Source: a virus (taxonomy: Duplodnaviria > Caudoviricetes). From it: 36,984 bases of DNA. The stretch's first letter is position 1; each line of letters begins with the position of its first letter. Shown here piece by piece: positions 16,351 through 25,880 of this stretch. The stretch is from the IMG/VR virus record IMGVR_UViG_3300010966_000022, positions 1 through 36,984 of that record; one strand, 5' to 3'. The notes beneath the pieces are model-generated. The model saw nothing but the letters and a program-made list of their open reading frames with translations, was not told the origin of the DNA and ran no database searches. Both the position numbers and the translations under genes were made by a program.

Positions 16351-16629
16351 ATGAAAATCAGACGGATTAAATCTATGATTGTTGCTGTAAACGACAAGGG
16401 GTACCGCATCGGTTCCTCGCACCATAATTCTCGAATCTCTGACGAAATGGTGGACAAGATCAGAGAAATGCGCGAAGACCTGTGCATGAAGTATCTCGAA
16501 ATTGCGCTTGCTTTGAACCTTACAAAAAGCGTTGTCGCAAAAATATGCCAGTATGAACGTCGCGCTCAAACGCCATACCGCTGGAAAAGGATAACGAAAG
16601 ATGTCGAAGAAAACTCAACAGACGAATGA
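16351..16629 (+). CDS. HTH DNA-binding protein (candidate late-gene activator); start uncertain (16297/16351/16375)
   Basis: GSSHHNSRISDEMVDKIREMRE...YLEIALALNLTKSVVAKIC HTH; lies just before the terminase genes. Confidence 0.65.
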   Translation: MKIRRIKSMIVAVNDKGYRIGSSHHNSRISDEMVDKIREMREDLCMKYLEIALALNLTKSVVAKICQYERRAQTPYRWKRITKDVEENSTDE

Positions 16630-17143
16630 GCCGCCACGCAGAGTCGGCAGGCCTTCTGAATACACCAAAGAAAAAGGTGACCTGATCTGCGCTCGCCTAT
16701 CAGACGGTGAGTCTCTTCGCTCTATCTGTCGCGACGAAAACATGCCTAATATCGGCACCGTTTTGAGATGGGTTTCGAGCAAGGATAACGAAGAATTCCG
16801 CACACAATATGCGCACGCACGCGAAATCGGCCTAGAGCATATGGCTGAAGAGATTCTTGAGATATGCGATGACGGCTCGAACGATTTTATGGAAAAGGCC
16901 ACAAACTCTGGCGTTGTTGTTGTTGCAGACCATGAGCATATCCAGCGCTCGAAGCTACGCGTTGATACACGCAAGTGGGTCCTATCCAAGCTATTGCCCA
17001 AGAAGTACGGCGAGAAGGCCAGCATGGAGTTAACAGGCGCTGATGGTGGCGCTATCCAATTCTCGGACTCGGAGCGCGCAGCAAAGATACAGGCCATTAT
17101 GGCGGCTGCGCAGCAACGCAAAGGCACTGATGAAGGCAAGTGA
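16601..17143 (+). CDS. terS: Terminase small subunit (Sf6/P22-like)
   Basis: GRPSEY...ICARLSDGESLRSIC...MP and SKLRVDTRKWVLSKLLPKKYG motifs. Confidence 0.9.
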   Translation: MSKKTQQTNEPPRRVGRPSEYTKEKGDLICARLSDGESLRSICRDENMPNIGTVLRWVSSKDNEEFRTQYAHAREIGLEHMAEEILEICDDGSNDFMEKATNSGVVVVADHEHIQRSKLRVDTRKWVLSKLLPKKYGEKASMELTGADGGAIQFSDSERAAKIQAIMAAAQQRKGTDEGK

Positions 17144-18662
17144 CTTCGATCCTGATTTGTTAAAGTATCTGACACCAGAAGAGCTTGAAGAGCTAGATAA
17201 ACTTCTACAGTCGGATAACACGATATGGCGGCCCCTGCCCGGTCCACAATCAATCGCATACAACAGCACCGCAGACATCATTGGCTATGGTGGTGCAGCA
17301 GGGGGCGGCAAGACGGACCTCGCGTGTGGCAAGGCACTTACAAGCCACAGGAAGATTGGGATTTTTCGTCTGAATGGTACCGAGCTAACTGGAGTAATCG
17401 ACCGATTCACAGATTTGATTGGTAACCGCACTGGATACAACGGGCAGAACAATATCTGGCGATTGCGTCGCAGAGACAACGTGCCGATCCAGATCGAGTT
17501 CGGTTCATTCCCAAACCTTGGCGATGAAAAGAAGTATCAGGGCAGGCCGCACGATTTGCTGGTGTTCGATGAGGCCGCGAACATGCGCGAGGAACAAGTC
17601 AGGTTCCTGCTGGGCTGGCTGCGCACCACAACGCCGAACCAACCTTGCCAAGCGCTATTCACGTTTAACCCGCCAACCACAGCAGAAGGCCGCTGGATCA
17701 TCGCATTCTTTGGGCCGTGGCTGGACAAGAAGCACCCCAACCCGGCAGAACCGGGCGAGCTACGCTGGTTTGCTACCATCGATGGCAAAGACGTAGAGGT
17801 CAAATCAGGCGATGAGTTCGAGCATGCAGGCGAGATGATCAAGCCATTGTCTAGAACGTTCATACCCTCGCGAATCAGCGACAACCCTTACCTGATGGGG
17901 ACCGGATACATGGCCCAGCTTCAATCATTGCCAGAACCATTGCGGTCACAGATGCTGCATGGTGACTTCCAAGCAGGCATGGAGGACGATCCTTGGCAAG
18001 TTATACCTACGGCATGGGTAGAGGCCGCACAAGCGCGCTGGAGCCGTCCTGACAAACTTAAGCCTATGGACTCGATGGGCGTTGACGTTGCGCGAGGCGG
18101 CAAAGACCAGACGATCATTGCTCGACGGCATGACAACTGGTTTGATGTACCGCTGGTTTATCCCGGCACCACCACACCTGATGGCCCGACAGTGGCTGGC
18201 TTGGCTATATCTGCACTGCGTGACAGAGCGCCTATCCACATCGACGTTATCGGTGTTGGCTCCAGCCCTTATGACTTCCTGAACGAATCCAACCAGCAAG
18301 TGATTGGCGTGAACGTTGCCGAGGCTGCATTGGGTTTGGACAAGTCAGGCAGGCTGCGATTCAAGAACCAGCGATCCGAGTTATGGTGGCGCTTTAGAGA
18401 GGCGCTAGACCCAGCCAACAACCAAGGCATAGCCATACCGCCTGATCCGCGTCTGCTGGCTGACCTATGCGCTCCAACGTGGAAGCTGGTGGGCCAGACC
18501 ATATCTGTTGCCAGCCGGGAGGACATCATCGCCAAGATTGGGCGCTCGCCTGACTTTGCATCGGCCTATGTGCTGGCCCTCATGGACACGCCAAAACGGT
18601 CAATTATGATGGAGTTTGGGGGGCGCAACCGTAAAGAATATGACCCGTATTCCAACGTTTAA
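17130..18662 (+). CDS. terL: Terminase large subunit
   Basis: Walker A GGAAGGGKT, Walker B LLVFDE, TFNP coupling motif, nuclease GVDVARGGKD and SPD; ATG 17130 preferred over 17043. Confidence 0.93.
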   Translation: MKASDFDPDLLKYLTPEELEELDKLLQSDNTIWRPLPGPQSIAYNSTADIIGYGGAAGGGKTDLACGKALTSHRKIGIFRLNGTELTGVIDRFTDLIGNRTGYNGQNNIWRLRRRDNVPIQIEFGSFPNLGDEKKYQGRPHDLLVFDEAANMREEQVRFLLGWLRTTTPNQPCQALFTFNPPTTAEGRWIIAFFGPWLDKKHPNPAEPGELRWFATIDGKDVEVKSGDEFEHAGEMIKPLSRTFIPSRISDNPYLMGTGYMAQLQSLPEPLRSQMLHGDFQAGMEDDPWQVIPTAWVEAAQARWSRPDKLKPMDSMGVDVARGGKDQTIIARRHDNWFDVPLVYPGTTTPDGPTVAGLAISALRDRAPIHIDVIGVGSSPYDFLNESNQQVIGVNVAEAALGLDKSGRLRFKNQRSELWWRFREALDPANNQGIAIPPDPRLLADLCAPTWKLVGQTISVASREDIIAKIGRSPDFASAYVLALMDTPKRSIMMEFGGRNRKEYDPYSNV

Positions 18663-18695
18663 GGTACCCGTAACTTGTGTTTTGGGAAATAGATT
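18663..18695 (+). promoter_or_regulatory. Putative late promoter, copy 2 (GGTACCCGTA-N17-TAGATT)
   Basis: Directly after the terL stop; GNAT ATG is 6 nt after the hexamer with no SD. Confidence 0.8.
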
Positions 18696-18701
18696 GCAAC
18701 C

Positions 18702-19142
18702 ATGGTGAAGATTGTTGTCGTTAATCCCGCCGAATGGATCGATAAAGTCAGGCCTATGCTTGACAGTAATTGGCATGAAACGGGGTTCGATTTTCCATTT
18801 GATCCTGACGTTGCGTTTTATCAGCTTTTATATGATCGTGGGATGGCCTTCGCAGTAGGTGCATTTGATGATGACAAAGTCATTGGATATTGCACTGTGA
18901 TGATTGTCCCCCACCCTCATAACCCGTCTGTGAAAATAGCGTCAAACGATGGAATGTTTGTTTTGCCAGAGCATAGGAAAGGATTAACCTCCGGGCGAAT
19001 TATTAAGTTTGCCGAGGCTCAAGCAAAACAGATGGGCGCTACAAGATTTACATGGCATTGCAGATCAGGCACTGCATTTGCCGATATGTTGCAGCGGAAA
19101 GGTTACAAGCCTGTGGATATTGTTGTCATGAGGGATTTATAA
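18702..19142 (+). CDS. GNAT-family N-acetyltransferase-like protein
   Basis: VIGYC strand, MFVLPEHRKGLTSGRIIKFAE acetyl-CoA motif A and LQRKGY. Confidence 0.85.
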   Translation: MVKIVVVNPAEWIDKVRPMLDSNWHETGFDFPFDPDVAFYQLLYDRGMAFAVGAFDDDKVIGYCTVMIVPHPHNPSVKIASNDGMFVLPEHRKGLTSGRIIKFAEAQAKQMGATRFTWHCRSGTAFADMLQRKGYKPVDIVVMRDL

Positions 19143-19143
19143 A

Positions 19144-19644
19144 ATGGGAATCGAAACCGCGATCATCGTTGCAGCAGCAGCAGCAACAGCTTCAACGGCT
19201 TATTCTGCTTATTCTGGTGAGCGTGCTGCATCAGCGCAGCGCGAGGCGCGCAAAGAGCAAGAGCAAATGCAGCAACAGTCTCTTATCCAGCAACAGGAAA
19301 CCAACAAGCAGCAAGAGGTTATCCAGCGCGAGTCTATTGCATCACAGCAGGCCAGCGCCGCACAGCAAGCGCAATTGCAGCGTGAAGCATTGGCATTGCA
19401 AGAACGACAGGCAGTCGATACTCGCAAAGCTCAAGAAGCTGAAGCTGCGCGCATGAAGCAAGTTGAAGAAACTCAACAGACCGCAATCAACAAAGCATCA
19501 TCACGCGCACCAGATAGCGCGTCGCTTATCTCTCAAGCACAACAAAAGGCTAAAGGTGGCGTGACAGGTACAATGCTGACCGGACCAACAGGTGTTGATC
19601 CAGCGTCATTAAGCTTGGGCAAGTCAACTCTCTTGGGCGGTTAA
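19144..19644 (+). CDS. Ala/Gln-rich virion-associated protein upstream of the portal
   Basis: Hydrophobic Ala-rich N-terminus, Q/E/A coiled coil and GTMLTGPTGV...LGKSTLLGG C-terminus. Confidence 0.7.
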   Translation: MGIETAIIVAAAAATASTAYSAYSGERAASAQREARKEQEQMQQQSLIQQQETNKQQEVIQRESIASQQASAAQQAQLQREALALQERQAVDTRKAQEAEAARMKQVEETQQTAINKASSRAPDSASLISQAQQKAKGGVTGTMLTGPTGVDPASLSLGKSTLLGG

Positions 19645-19646
19645 AT

Positions 19647-21347
19647 ATGAAGCAGCCAACAGGCACTCCTAAAGCGCCTAAAGCACCAGAGCGCGACAAG
19701 CTACTGACTCGATGGGGCCAGCTAAAGCAAGAGCGATCATCTTGGTGGGCGCACTGGCAGGAAATCTCTAGCTACTTATTGCCACGATCGGGCCGCTACT
19801 TTACGCAGGACCGTGATAAAGGCTGGCGCAGACATAACAACATCTATGACAACACTGGCACACGCTCTCTGCGCGTGCTTGGTGCTGGAATGATGGCTGG
19901 TGCGACATCGCCTGCGCGCCAATGGTTTCGACTTGGTACGTCTGACCCACAATTGAACGAATTCCAGCCTGTAAAGCTATGGCTTGATGAAGTCCAAAAC
20001 CGCATGCAATTGGTGTTTCAGAAGTCCAACACCTACCGCGCTTTGCACACGATGTACGAAGAGCTTGGTGCATTTGGTACCGCATCGTCTATTGTGCTGC
20101 CAGATTACAACAACGTGATTCACCATTACCCGCAAACGATTGGCGAGTATGCCTTGGCAACAAACTATCAAGGCCGAGTCAACACGTTGTACCGCGAGTT
20201 TGAAAAGACCGTTGCCGAAATCGTCAAAGAGTTTGGCATCGACAAGGTCAGCACCACTGTAAAGAATTTGTACGATCGAGGCCAGCTTGATACATGGATC
20301 ACGATCATTCACGCCATTGAGCCTCGCGAGGACCGCGATCCAAAGATGCGCGATGCGCTGAACATGGCCTATGGTTCGTATTACTTTGAACTGGGGTCCA
20401 ACCCCGGCAAGTATCTGCGCGAATCTGGCTTTGTTGACTTCCCTGTTGTGGCCCCACGATGGGCAACCACTGGCGGTGACATCTACGGTCACAGCCCCGG
20501 CATGGAAGCGCTTGGTGATGTAAAGCAATTGCAGCATGAGCAGCTACGCAAAGCCCAGTGTATCGATTACCAGACCAAGCCACCACTGCAAGTGCCAACA
20601 TCGATGAAGAACCGCGACGTTGATACATTGCCCGGCGGCATTTCGTTTGTTGACGCAAACACAGCAGGCGGCGGCATCCGTTCAGCGTTTCAGGTCAACC
20701 TCGATTTGAATGCGTTGTTGATGGATATCCAAGACGTACGAGAGCGGGTACGCGGTGCGTTTTATGCTGACCTGTTCTTGATGCTTGCTAATGCAACAGA
20801 CACACGAATGACAGCGACCGAGGTTGCCGAGCGTCATGAGGAGAAGCTCTTGATGCTTGGGCCAGTGCTTGAGCGCTTGCATAACGAACTACTCGATCCC
20901 CTCATCGAAATGACGTTCAATCGTATGGTTGAAGCCAATGTCTTGCCCCCGCCGCCACAGGAGTTGCAGGGCATGGAGCTAAACGTTGAGTTCGTGTCAA
21001 TGCTCGCACAGGCCCAACGAGCCATCGGCACAAATAGTGTCGATCGATTCGTAGGCAACCTCGGAGTTGTCGCGCAGATCAAGCCTGATGTGCTGGACAA
21101 GTTCAATGCTGATGAATGGGCCGATGCTTATTCTGACATGCTAGGCGTTGATCCCAAGATGATTGTGGCAAATGAAAACGTCGCATTGATTCGCGAGGCA
21201 CGCAACGCAGCAGCCGCTGAACGTGCGCAGCAAGAGCAGATGATGCAAAGTGCTGTAGCTGCGAAGGACCTTGCAGCAGCCAAGACGGCAGAGCCAAGCG
21301 CATTAACCAACGTGATTGACATGTTCAGTGGTTACAACACACCTTAA
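19647..21347 (+). CDS. Portal (head-to-tail connector) protein
   Basis: YEELGAFGT, PRW...DIYGHSPGMEALGDVKQLQ and RMTATEVAERHEEKLLMLGPVLERL (T7 gp8/BPP-1-type). Confidence 0.95.
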   Translation: MKQPTGTPKAPKAPERDKLLTRWGQLKQERSSWWAHWQEISSYLLPRSGRYFTQDRDKGWRRHNNIYDNTGTRSLRVLGAGMMAGATSPARQWFRLGTSDPQLNEFQPVKLWLDEVQNRMQLVFQKSNTYRALHTMYEELGAFGTASSIVLPDYNNVIHHYPQTIGEYALATNYQGRVNTLYREFEKTVAEIVKEFGIDKVSTTVKNLYDRGQLDTWITIIHAIEPREDRDPKMRDALNMAYGSYYFELGSNPGKYLRESGFVDFPVVAPRWATTGGDIYGHSPGMEALGDVKQLQHEQLRKAQCIDYQTKPPLQVPTSMKNRDVDTLPGGISFVDANTAGGGIRSAFQVNLDLNALLMDIQDVRERVRGAFYADLFLMLANATDTRMTATEVAERHEEKLLMLGPVLERLHNELLDPLIEMTFNRMVEANVLPPPPQELQGMELNVEFVSMLAQAQRAIGTNSVDRFVGNLGVVAQIKPDVLDKFNADEWADAYSDMLGVDPKMIVANENVALIREARNAAAAERAQQEQMMQSAVAAKDLAAAKTAEPSALTNVIDMFSGYNTP

Positions 21348-21357
21348 GGGGATTTAA

Positions 21358-21672
21358 ATGGCAATGATTAACATGAAGCAGGCTCCCGAGCGCGAAGAGA
21401 AGCCGGGTGAAATCGAGATGGACGAGCCTATGTATCCATATGGCCTGTGCATCAGCCTCGACAAAGAGCAGCTAGACAAGCTTGGCATTACCGCATTGCC
21501 ACAGGTTGGCGCAACTATGATGATTACGGCAAAGGCCTACGTCAAGTCAACCAGCGCATACGAAACGCAGGGCGGCAAAGACATGAGCGTGTCGCTGCAA
21601 ATCACTGACCTTGAAATTGGCGCGTCCAAGACACAGTCAGATCAGGCCACAATGCTTTACGGTGAAGGCTAA
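21358..21672 (+). CDS. Small head-module protein (capsid-staple-like family)
   Basis: YPYGLCISLDKEQLDKLG...P.VG...SLQITD pattern recalled from epsilon15/BPP-1-like phages. Confidence 0.55.
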   Translation: MAMINMKQAPEREEKPGEIEMDEPMYPYGLCISLDKEQLDKLGITALPQVGATMMITAKAYVKSTSAYETQGGKDMSVSLQITDLEIGASKTQSDQATMLYGEG

Positions 21673-21674
21673 TC

Positions 21675-22403
21675 ATGTTTTACCCATCGATAACAGAGTT
21701 AAAGTCATCAGAGCCGTTTGATCTACAGCTTGCGCGTGGCTTGATTCAAGGCCACACCAGCCTGAATATCTCTGGTTATCAGGCCGCTGTTGGTTCGACG
21801 TTTATGCCAATTTGGGAAAACGCTACGCAATATGTATATCCGGCTGCTTCCGGGCCAATGCTGGTTTACAGCACAAGCGCGTCAGACACTAACGTCACGA
21901 TTATTGTCAGTGGCCTTAATTCTTTGTACGAGATTACGTCTGAAGTCATTGTGTTGACCAATGGCACCACTGGTGTAACGACAGCCAAGAGCTATCTGCG
22001 CATCAACGGCATTGCGGTCAGTGGATCGGTTAACCCTGTGGGCGATATATCGATTGGGAACGCAGGCAAGACAGAGGTGTATGCCAAGATCAAAATTGGT
22101 GCAGGCACAAGCAGCATGACCGTATATACAGTGCCAGCAAACTACACGTTTTACTTGGCAAAGGTAAATTGTTATACCCACCAAGGTAACAACAAAAAAA
22201 CCAACTATCGGTCATACACGATCAGCCCGGCAGGGATTATTCGCGCTGTGCTGGAAGTCCCGTTCGAATCAACTTACATTTCTGAAAAGTCAGTCCAGCG
22301 TGGTTATGCGCAAAAGACTGACTGCCAGTGGCAATGCAAGTCTGACGTTACGGCAGAGATTGGCATGCAAATTGAGGGCGTTCTGGTCAGAAATACAGAC
22401 TGA
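21675..22403 (+). CDS. Beta-rich hypothetical protein, probably structural
   Basis: 242 aa rich in T/S/G/V; FDLQLARGLIQGH N-terminus; lies in the head module. Confidence 0.6.
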   Translation: MFYPSITELKSSEPFDLQLARGLIQGHTSLNISGYQAAVGSTFMPIWENATQYVYPAASGPMLVYSTSASDTNVTIIVSGLNSLYEITSEVIVLTNGTTGVTTAKSYLRINGIAVSGSVNPVGDISIGNAGKTEVYAKIKIGAGTSSMTVYTVPANYTFYLAKVNCYTHQGNNKKTNYRSYTISPAGIIRAVLEVPFESTYISEKSVQRGYAQKTDCQWQCKSDVTAEIGMQIEGVLVRNTD

Positions 22404-22405
22404 TC

Positions 22406-22438
22406 GGTACCCGTATCCTTTATTGATGTGGATAGATT
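22406..22438 (+). promoter_or_regulatory. Putative late promoter, copy 3 (GGTACCCGTA-N17-TAGATT)
   Basis: ATG 22445 is 6 nt after the hexamer with no SD. Confidence 0.8.
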
Positions 22439-22444
22439 AGCAAC

Positions 22445-22789
22445 ATGAGTGATTATGATCCGCTTGACCTACGAGGGCAGGAACTCTCTAAATCCGAAAA
22501 GGAAGTCAGAGAGCGAATCTCATCGGAGAACGAGCAAGCAGACATTAAGTGGCTCATGGGCAGTAAGCGGGGCCGTCGCGTAATTTGGCGGCTTCTGAAT
22601 CAATCGGGCGTGTTCCGACTATCGTTCAACACCAACGCAATGCAAATGGCATTTGCAGAAGGTAACAGGAACTTTGGTAATCGCACGCTCTCGATGATTC
22701 ACTTGCTATGCCCAGAGCTTTATCCTGTGATGGTTAAGGAGCAACAGAATGACAGAATCGCTGATGACGGAAGCCGCAACGACCACTGA
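22445..22789 (+). CDS. Bbp19-like conserved head-module protein
   Basis: DIKWLMGSKRGRRVIWRLL...MAFAEGNRNFG. Confidence 0.75.
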   Translation: MSDYDPLDLRGQELSKSEKEVRERISSENEQADIKWLMGSKRGRRVIWRLLNQSGVFRLSFNTNAMQMAFAEGNRNFGNRTLSMIHLLCPELYPVMVKEQQNDRIADDGSRNDH

Positions 22790-23405
22790 AGGCAACGCAT
22801 CGCAAGACGCAGCAAGCGCACAACCGACGGGTGGTGAGCAAGCTGCATCGCAGCAACAGGCCGAAGGTACGCAGAACCAAGCAGCGGGGCAACAATCCCC
22901 TGATGGCAATACTGATGCAAACAATGAAGCACCGAAAGGCGCTCCAGAAAAATACGAATTCACAGCCCCCGAGGGCCGCGAATACGATCCGGGTGTGTTA
23001 GAGGCATACTCGGAAGTTGCAAAAGAATTGAATCTGCCACAAGAAGCCGCGCAGAAAATGATCGATAAGATTGCCCCGTTAATCGAGGCAAGACAAGTCG
23101 AACAGATTCAATCTGTGAAGAACGATTGGGCAGAGGCCTCAAAGGCCGATCAAGAATTCGGGGGCGATAAGCTCAATGAAAATCTTGCTGTCGCAAAGAA
23201 GGCTCTTGACAAATTTGGATCGCCTGCACTGCGCACGTTGTTGAACGATTCCGGTTTGGGAAATAACCCGGAGGTAATTCGGTTTATGTACCGCGCTGGA
23301 AAAGCAATAAGTGAGGACACCTTTGTCGGTGGAAGTAAGGGAAATCAGAAATCTGGACCCAAAAATTTCAACGACCTTGCGTCGGCTTTATATTCAAATC
23401 AGTAA
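22749..23405 (+). CDS. Capsid scaffolding protein
   Basis: Acidic Q/A-rich N-terminus, APEKYEF, LNLPQEAAQK, GLGNNPEVIRF...ISED; directly before the major capsid gene. Confidence 0.8.
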   Translation: MTESLMTEAATTTEGNASQDAASAQPTGGEQAASQQQAEGTQNQAAGQQSPDGNTDANNEAPKGAPEKYEFTAPEGREYDPGVLEAYSEVAKELNLPQEAAQKMIDKIAPLIEARQVEQIQSVKNDWAEASKADQEFGGDKLNENLAVAKKALDKFGSPALRTLLNDSGLGNNPEVIRFMYRAGKAISEDTFVGGSKGNQKSGPKNFNDLASALYSNQ

Positions 23406-23424
23406 TTTTAATTAGGAGTTTTTC

Positions 23425-24444
23425 ATGTCTACCTTATCGAATAGTTCTTTGACACTGGCTGATTGGGCCAAGCGAGTTGATCCTGATGGCAGCGTTCCTG
23501 TTGTCGCAGAATTGCTTTCGCAATCCAATGAAATCCTCGAAGACGCAGTCTTTAAAGAGGGCAACTTGCCAACTGGCGAGCGCGTTGTTATCCGTACAGG
23601 CCTGCCAACCGTTTACTGGCGTGCGCTGAACCAAGGTATCCCATCAAGCAAATCGACAACTGCACAGGTTGACGAAGCTTGCGGCATCTTGGAAGCTCGC
23701 AGCGAAGTCGATAAAGACTTGGCAATGCTCAACGGCAACACTGCTCAATTCCGCTTGTCGGAAGACACAGCGTTCTTGGAAGCAATGAACCAAACGCAAG
23801 CAAGCACAATGTTCTACGGTAACCCCGGCGTTGACCCAAAGCAGTTTCTTGGCCTCGCAGCACGTTACTCAAGCCTGACTGCTGCTAACGCACAAAACAT
23901 TCTGTCGGCTGGTGGTTCGGGTTCGGACAACACCTCGATCTATTTGGTTGTTTGGGGTGACAACACTGTCTACTGCCCATTCCCCAAAGGCTCGAAGGCT
24001 GGTCTGGTCCACGAAGACCTTGGCGAGCAGACTGTTTACAACAGCGACGGCACACGCATGCAAGCGTTGGCTACTCGCTACCAGTGGAAGAACGGCCTTG
24101 TCGTTAAAGATTGGCGCTATGTCGTACGCATTTGCAACATCGATGTGTCCGACCTGATCGCTCAAACTGGTACGCAAGCTGCTTCGGCTGCTACTGCTGT
24201 GATCAAGCTGATGGCTCGCGCTCTGTACCGCATTCCAAACATGCAGATGGGCCGCGCCGTGTTCTACATGAACCGCACTGTTCACTCTGGTATGTCGATT
24301 GCTGCACTGGATAAGAGCCAGTACGTCTTGAAGATCAACGAAGGCTTGAGCCAGTTCGGTATGCCTTATTCGTGGTTGTCCTTCTTGGGCGTTCCACTGC
24401 GTCGTGTTGATGCTCTGCTCAACACCGAAGCCGTTGTTAGCTAA
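23425..24444 (+). CDS. Major capsid protein (BPP-1 Bbp17 / epsilon15 gp7-like)
   Basis: TLADWAKR, ELLSQSNEILED, RTGLP...WRxLN, GLVVKDWRYVVRICNID; strong AGGAG SD. Confidence 0.93.
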   Translation: MSTLSNSSLTLADWAKRVDPDGSVPVVAELLSQSNEILEDAVFKEGNLPTGERVVIRTGLPTVYWRALNQGIPSSKSTTAQVDEACGILEARSEVDKDLAMLNGNTAQFRLSEDTAFLEAMNQTQASTMFYGNPGVDPKQFLGLAARYSSLTAANAQNILSAGGSGSDNTSIYLVVWGDNTVYCPFPKGSKAGLVHEDLGEQTVYNSDGTRMQALATRYQWKNGLVVKDWRYVVRICNIDVSDLIAQTGTQAASAATAVIKLMARALYRIPNMQMGRAVFYMNRTVHSGMSIAALDKSQYVLKINEGLSQFGMPYSWLSFLGVPLRRVDALLNTEAVVS

Positions 24445-24470
24445 ACCCACTTTGTAAAAGGAAACAAACC

Positions 24471-24905
24471 ATGATTACCGACAAACTCCTCCGCGTATCT
24501 ACCGACCAAGCAGTTACGACAACTGCTGTGTCAGCCGATACAATCGATCTGTCACAAGCTCGCGACATGGGCGAAGGTCAAGACCTGTTCATGAACTTTG
24601 CTTTGACCGCTGCGTTTGCAGGCGGCACATCGACAAACTTCGAAGTCATCATCGCTGATAACGCCGCTCTGTCGAGCAACGTTGTTGTCGTTGGCGCTTC
24701 GGGTGCAATCGCTACTGCCAACCTGACACTTGGTGCAAACTTCCCAGTACGAATCAACCCAATCGTTGGCTCAACTGGTAAGCGTTACATGGGTGCGCGT
24801 TACACTGTGGTTGGCACAAACAGTGCTGGTACAGTTACCGCCGACGTTGTGACTGACATCCAAGACGGCAAGAAGTTTTATGCTTCTGGCTTCGCTGTTG
24901 TTTAA
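24471..24905 (+). CDS. Capsid cement protein (Bbp16-like)
   Basis: MITDKLLRVSTDQAVT...SADTIDL...RDMGEG...RYMGARYTV; follows the major capsid gene. Confidence 0.8.
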   Translation: MITDKLLRVSTDQAVTTTAVSADTIDLSQARDMGEGQDLFMNFALTAAFAGGTSTNFEVIIADNAALSSNVVVVGASGAIATANLTLGANFPVRINPIVGSTGKRYMGARYTVVGTNSAGTVTADVVTDIQDGKKFYASGFAVV

Positions 24906-24918
24906 TCAGGAGTAAACC

Positions 24919-25122
24919 ATGCCTAAATACCGCGTTCTGGTTCGTTCGTTTATCAACAATGGCCTTCGTGAAGAGGGTGATATTGTTGAGTATGACGGCA
25001 AAGCTGGATCAAACCTTGAGCCTCTTGAGGCTGAAGAGGATGATGCACCCGTTGAAAAAGCTCAAAGCAAAAAGCCTTGGGCTAAATTAAAGCGCGGTGA
25101 CGCGGCTGAAGGCTCGGTGTAA
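24919..25122 (+). CDS. Small hypothetical virion-module protein
   Basis: AGGAG SD; MPKYRV...SFINN...EEGDIVEYDG. Confidence 0.7.
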   Translation: MPKYRVLVRSFINNGLREEGDIVEYDGKAGSNLEPLEAEEDDAPVEKAQSKKPWAKLKRGDAAEGSV

Positions 25123-25149
25123 CTCTCTCGATTAGAGAGATGTCGATCT

Positions 25150-25181
25150 GGGGGCCGTTGGGAAACCTTCGGCCCCTTTTT
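25150..25181 (+). terminator. Intrinsic terminator after the capsid genes
   Basis: GGGGCCG...CGGCCCC stem followed by T5. Confidence 0.8.
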
Positions 25182-25196
25182 ACATAGGTGATAGCC

Positions 25197-25877
25197 ATGG
25201 CATCAGAAGTCAATATTTGTAATCTCGCGCTCGCGCACCTCGGTGACAGTGCAACTGTTGCCAGTATCAACCCACCAGAAGGCAGCGCTCAAGCAGAGCA
25301 TTGCCAGAAGTTCTACCCAATCGCTAGGGACACCTTGCTTGAAATGCATGAGTGGTCTTTTGCATCAAAACGAATTACTGCGGCACAGCTAACCAACACA
25401 TGGCCTATGTGGAAATACGCATATGCATACCCTGCTGACGCAATTGATATTTTGTCTGTATTGCCACCTGAAGCAGAGAACGATTACTCGACGGCATTCA
25501 GGCCATCAGATGCAATGTCAGGCTTTCAATACTATGCACCGCTTGTTGCTGCTGGTATGTACATGCCACAACAGTTTGCTGTTGAGACAACAACAACTGG
25601 ACAAGATGTAATTTACACAAACCAAGAAAATGCTGTGTTGCGCTACAAAGCGTATGTCACTGACACAACAAAGTTCGCGCCATTGTTTGTTTTAACGTTA
25701 TCGTGGCACTTGGCATCAATGCTTGCTGGCCCGGTTATTAAAGGCGATGTCGGAGCGGCTGAAAGCAAACGATGCGCGTCGATGATGGCTGCATTTTTAG
25801 CGCAGGCTGTTTCCGCAGATTCTGCTGTACGAAACATCAAGCCTGAACACATTGTGCCTTGGGTATCTGGGAGATAA
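25197..25877 (+). CDS. Tail tubular protein A / adaptor (T7 gp11-like)
   Basis: MASEVNICNLALAHLG...YPIARDTLLEMHEWSFA...WKYAYAYPAD. Confidence 0.85.
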   Translation: MASEVNICNLALAHLGDSATVASINPPEGSAQAEHCQKFYPIARDTLLEMHEWSFASKRITAAQLTNTWPMWKYAYAYPADAIDILSVLPPEAENDYSTAFRPSDAMSGFQYYAPLVAAGMYMPQQFAVETTTTGQDVIYTNQENAVLRYKAYVTDTTKFAPLFVLTLSWHLASMLAGPVIKGDVGAAESKRCASMMAAFLAQAVSADSAVRNIKPEHIVPWVSGR

Positions 25878-25880
25878 AGC

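Noticed and set aside
6273-17129. Longest-ORF starts at 6273, 7570, 9745, 9977, 13019, 13426 and 17043
   Set aside because: They create large overlaps with neighbours or promoters. Downstream ATGs (6354, 7552, 9721, 9905, 13064, 13519, 17130) fit SD positions or gene packing better.
19170-19500. GCA/CAG-rich runs as a DNA repeat element
   Set aside because: Explained by poly-Ala and Gln-rich coding in the 19144-19644 protein.
14249-24450. Long antisense ORFs (e.g. 14249-14908, 16615-17259, 19977-20537, 23869-24450)
   Set aside because: They are shadows of well-supported + strand genes and show no recognisable motifs.
25123-25139. Small hairpin CTCTCT-cgatt-AGAGAG before the capsid terminator as an ncRNA
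   Set aside because: Too short to support more than a 3'-UTR stem.
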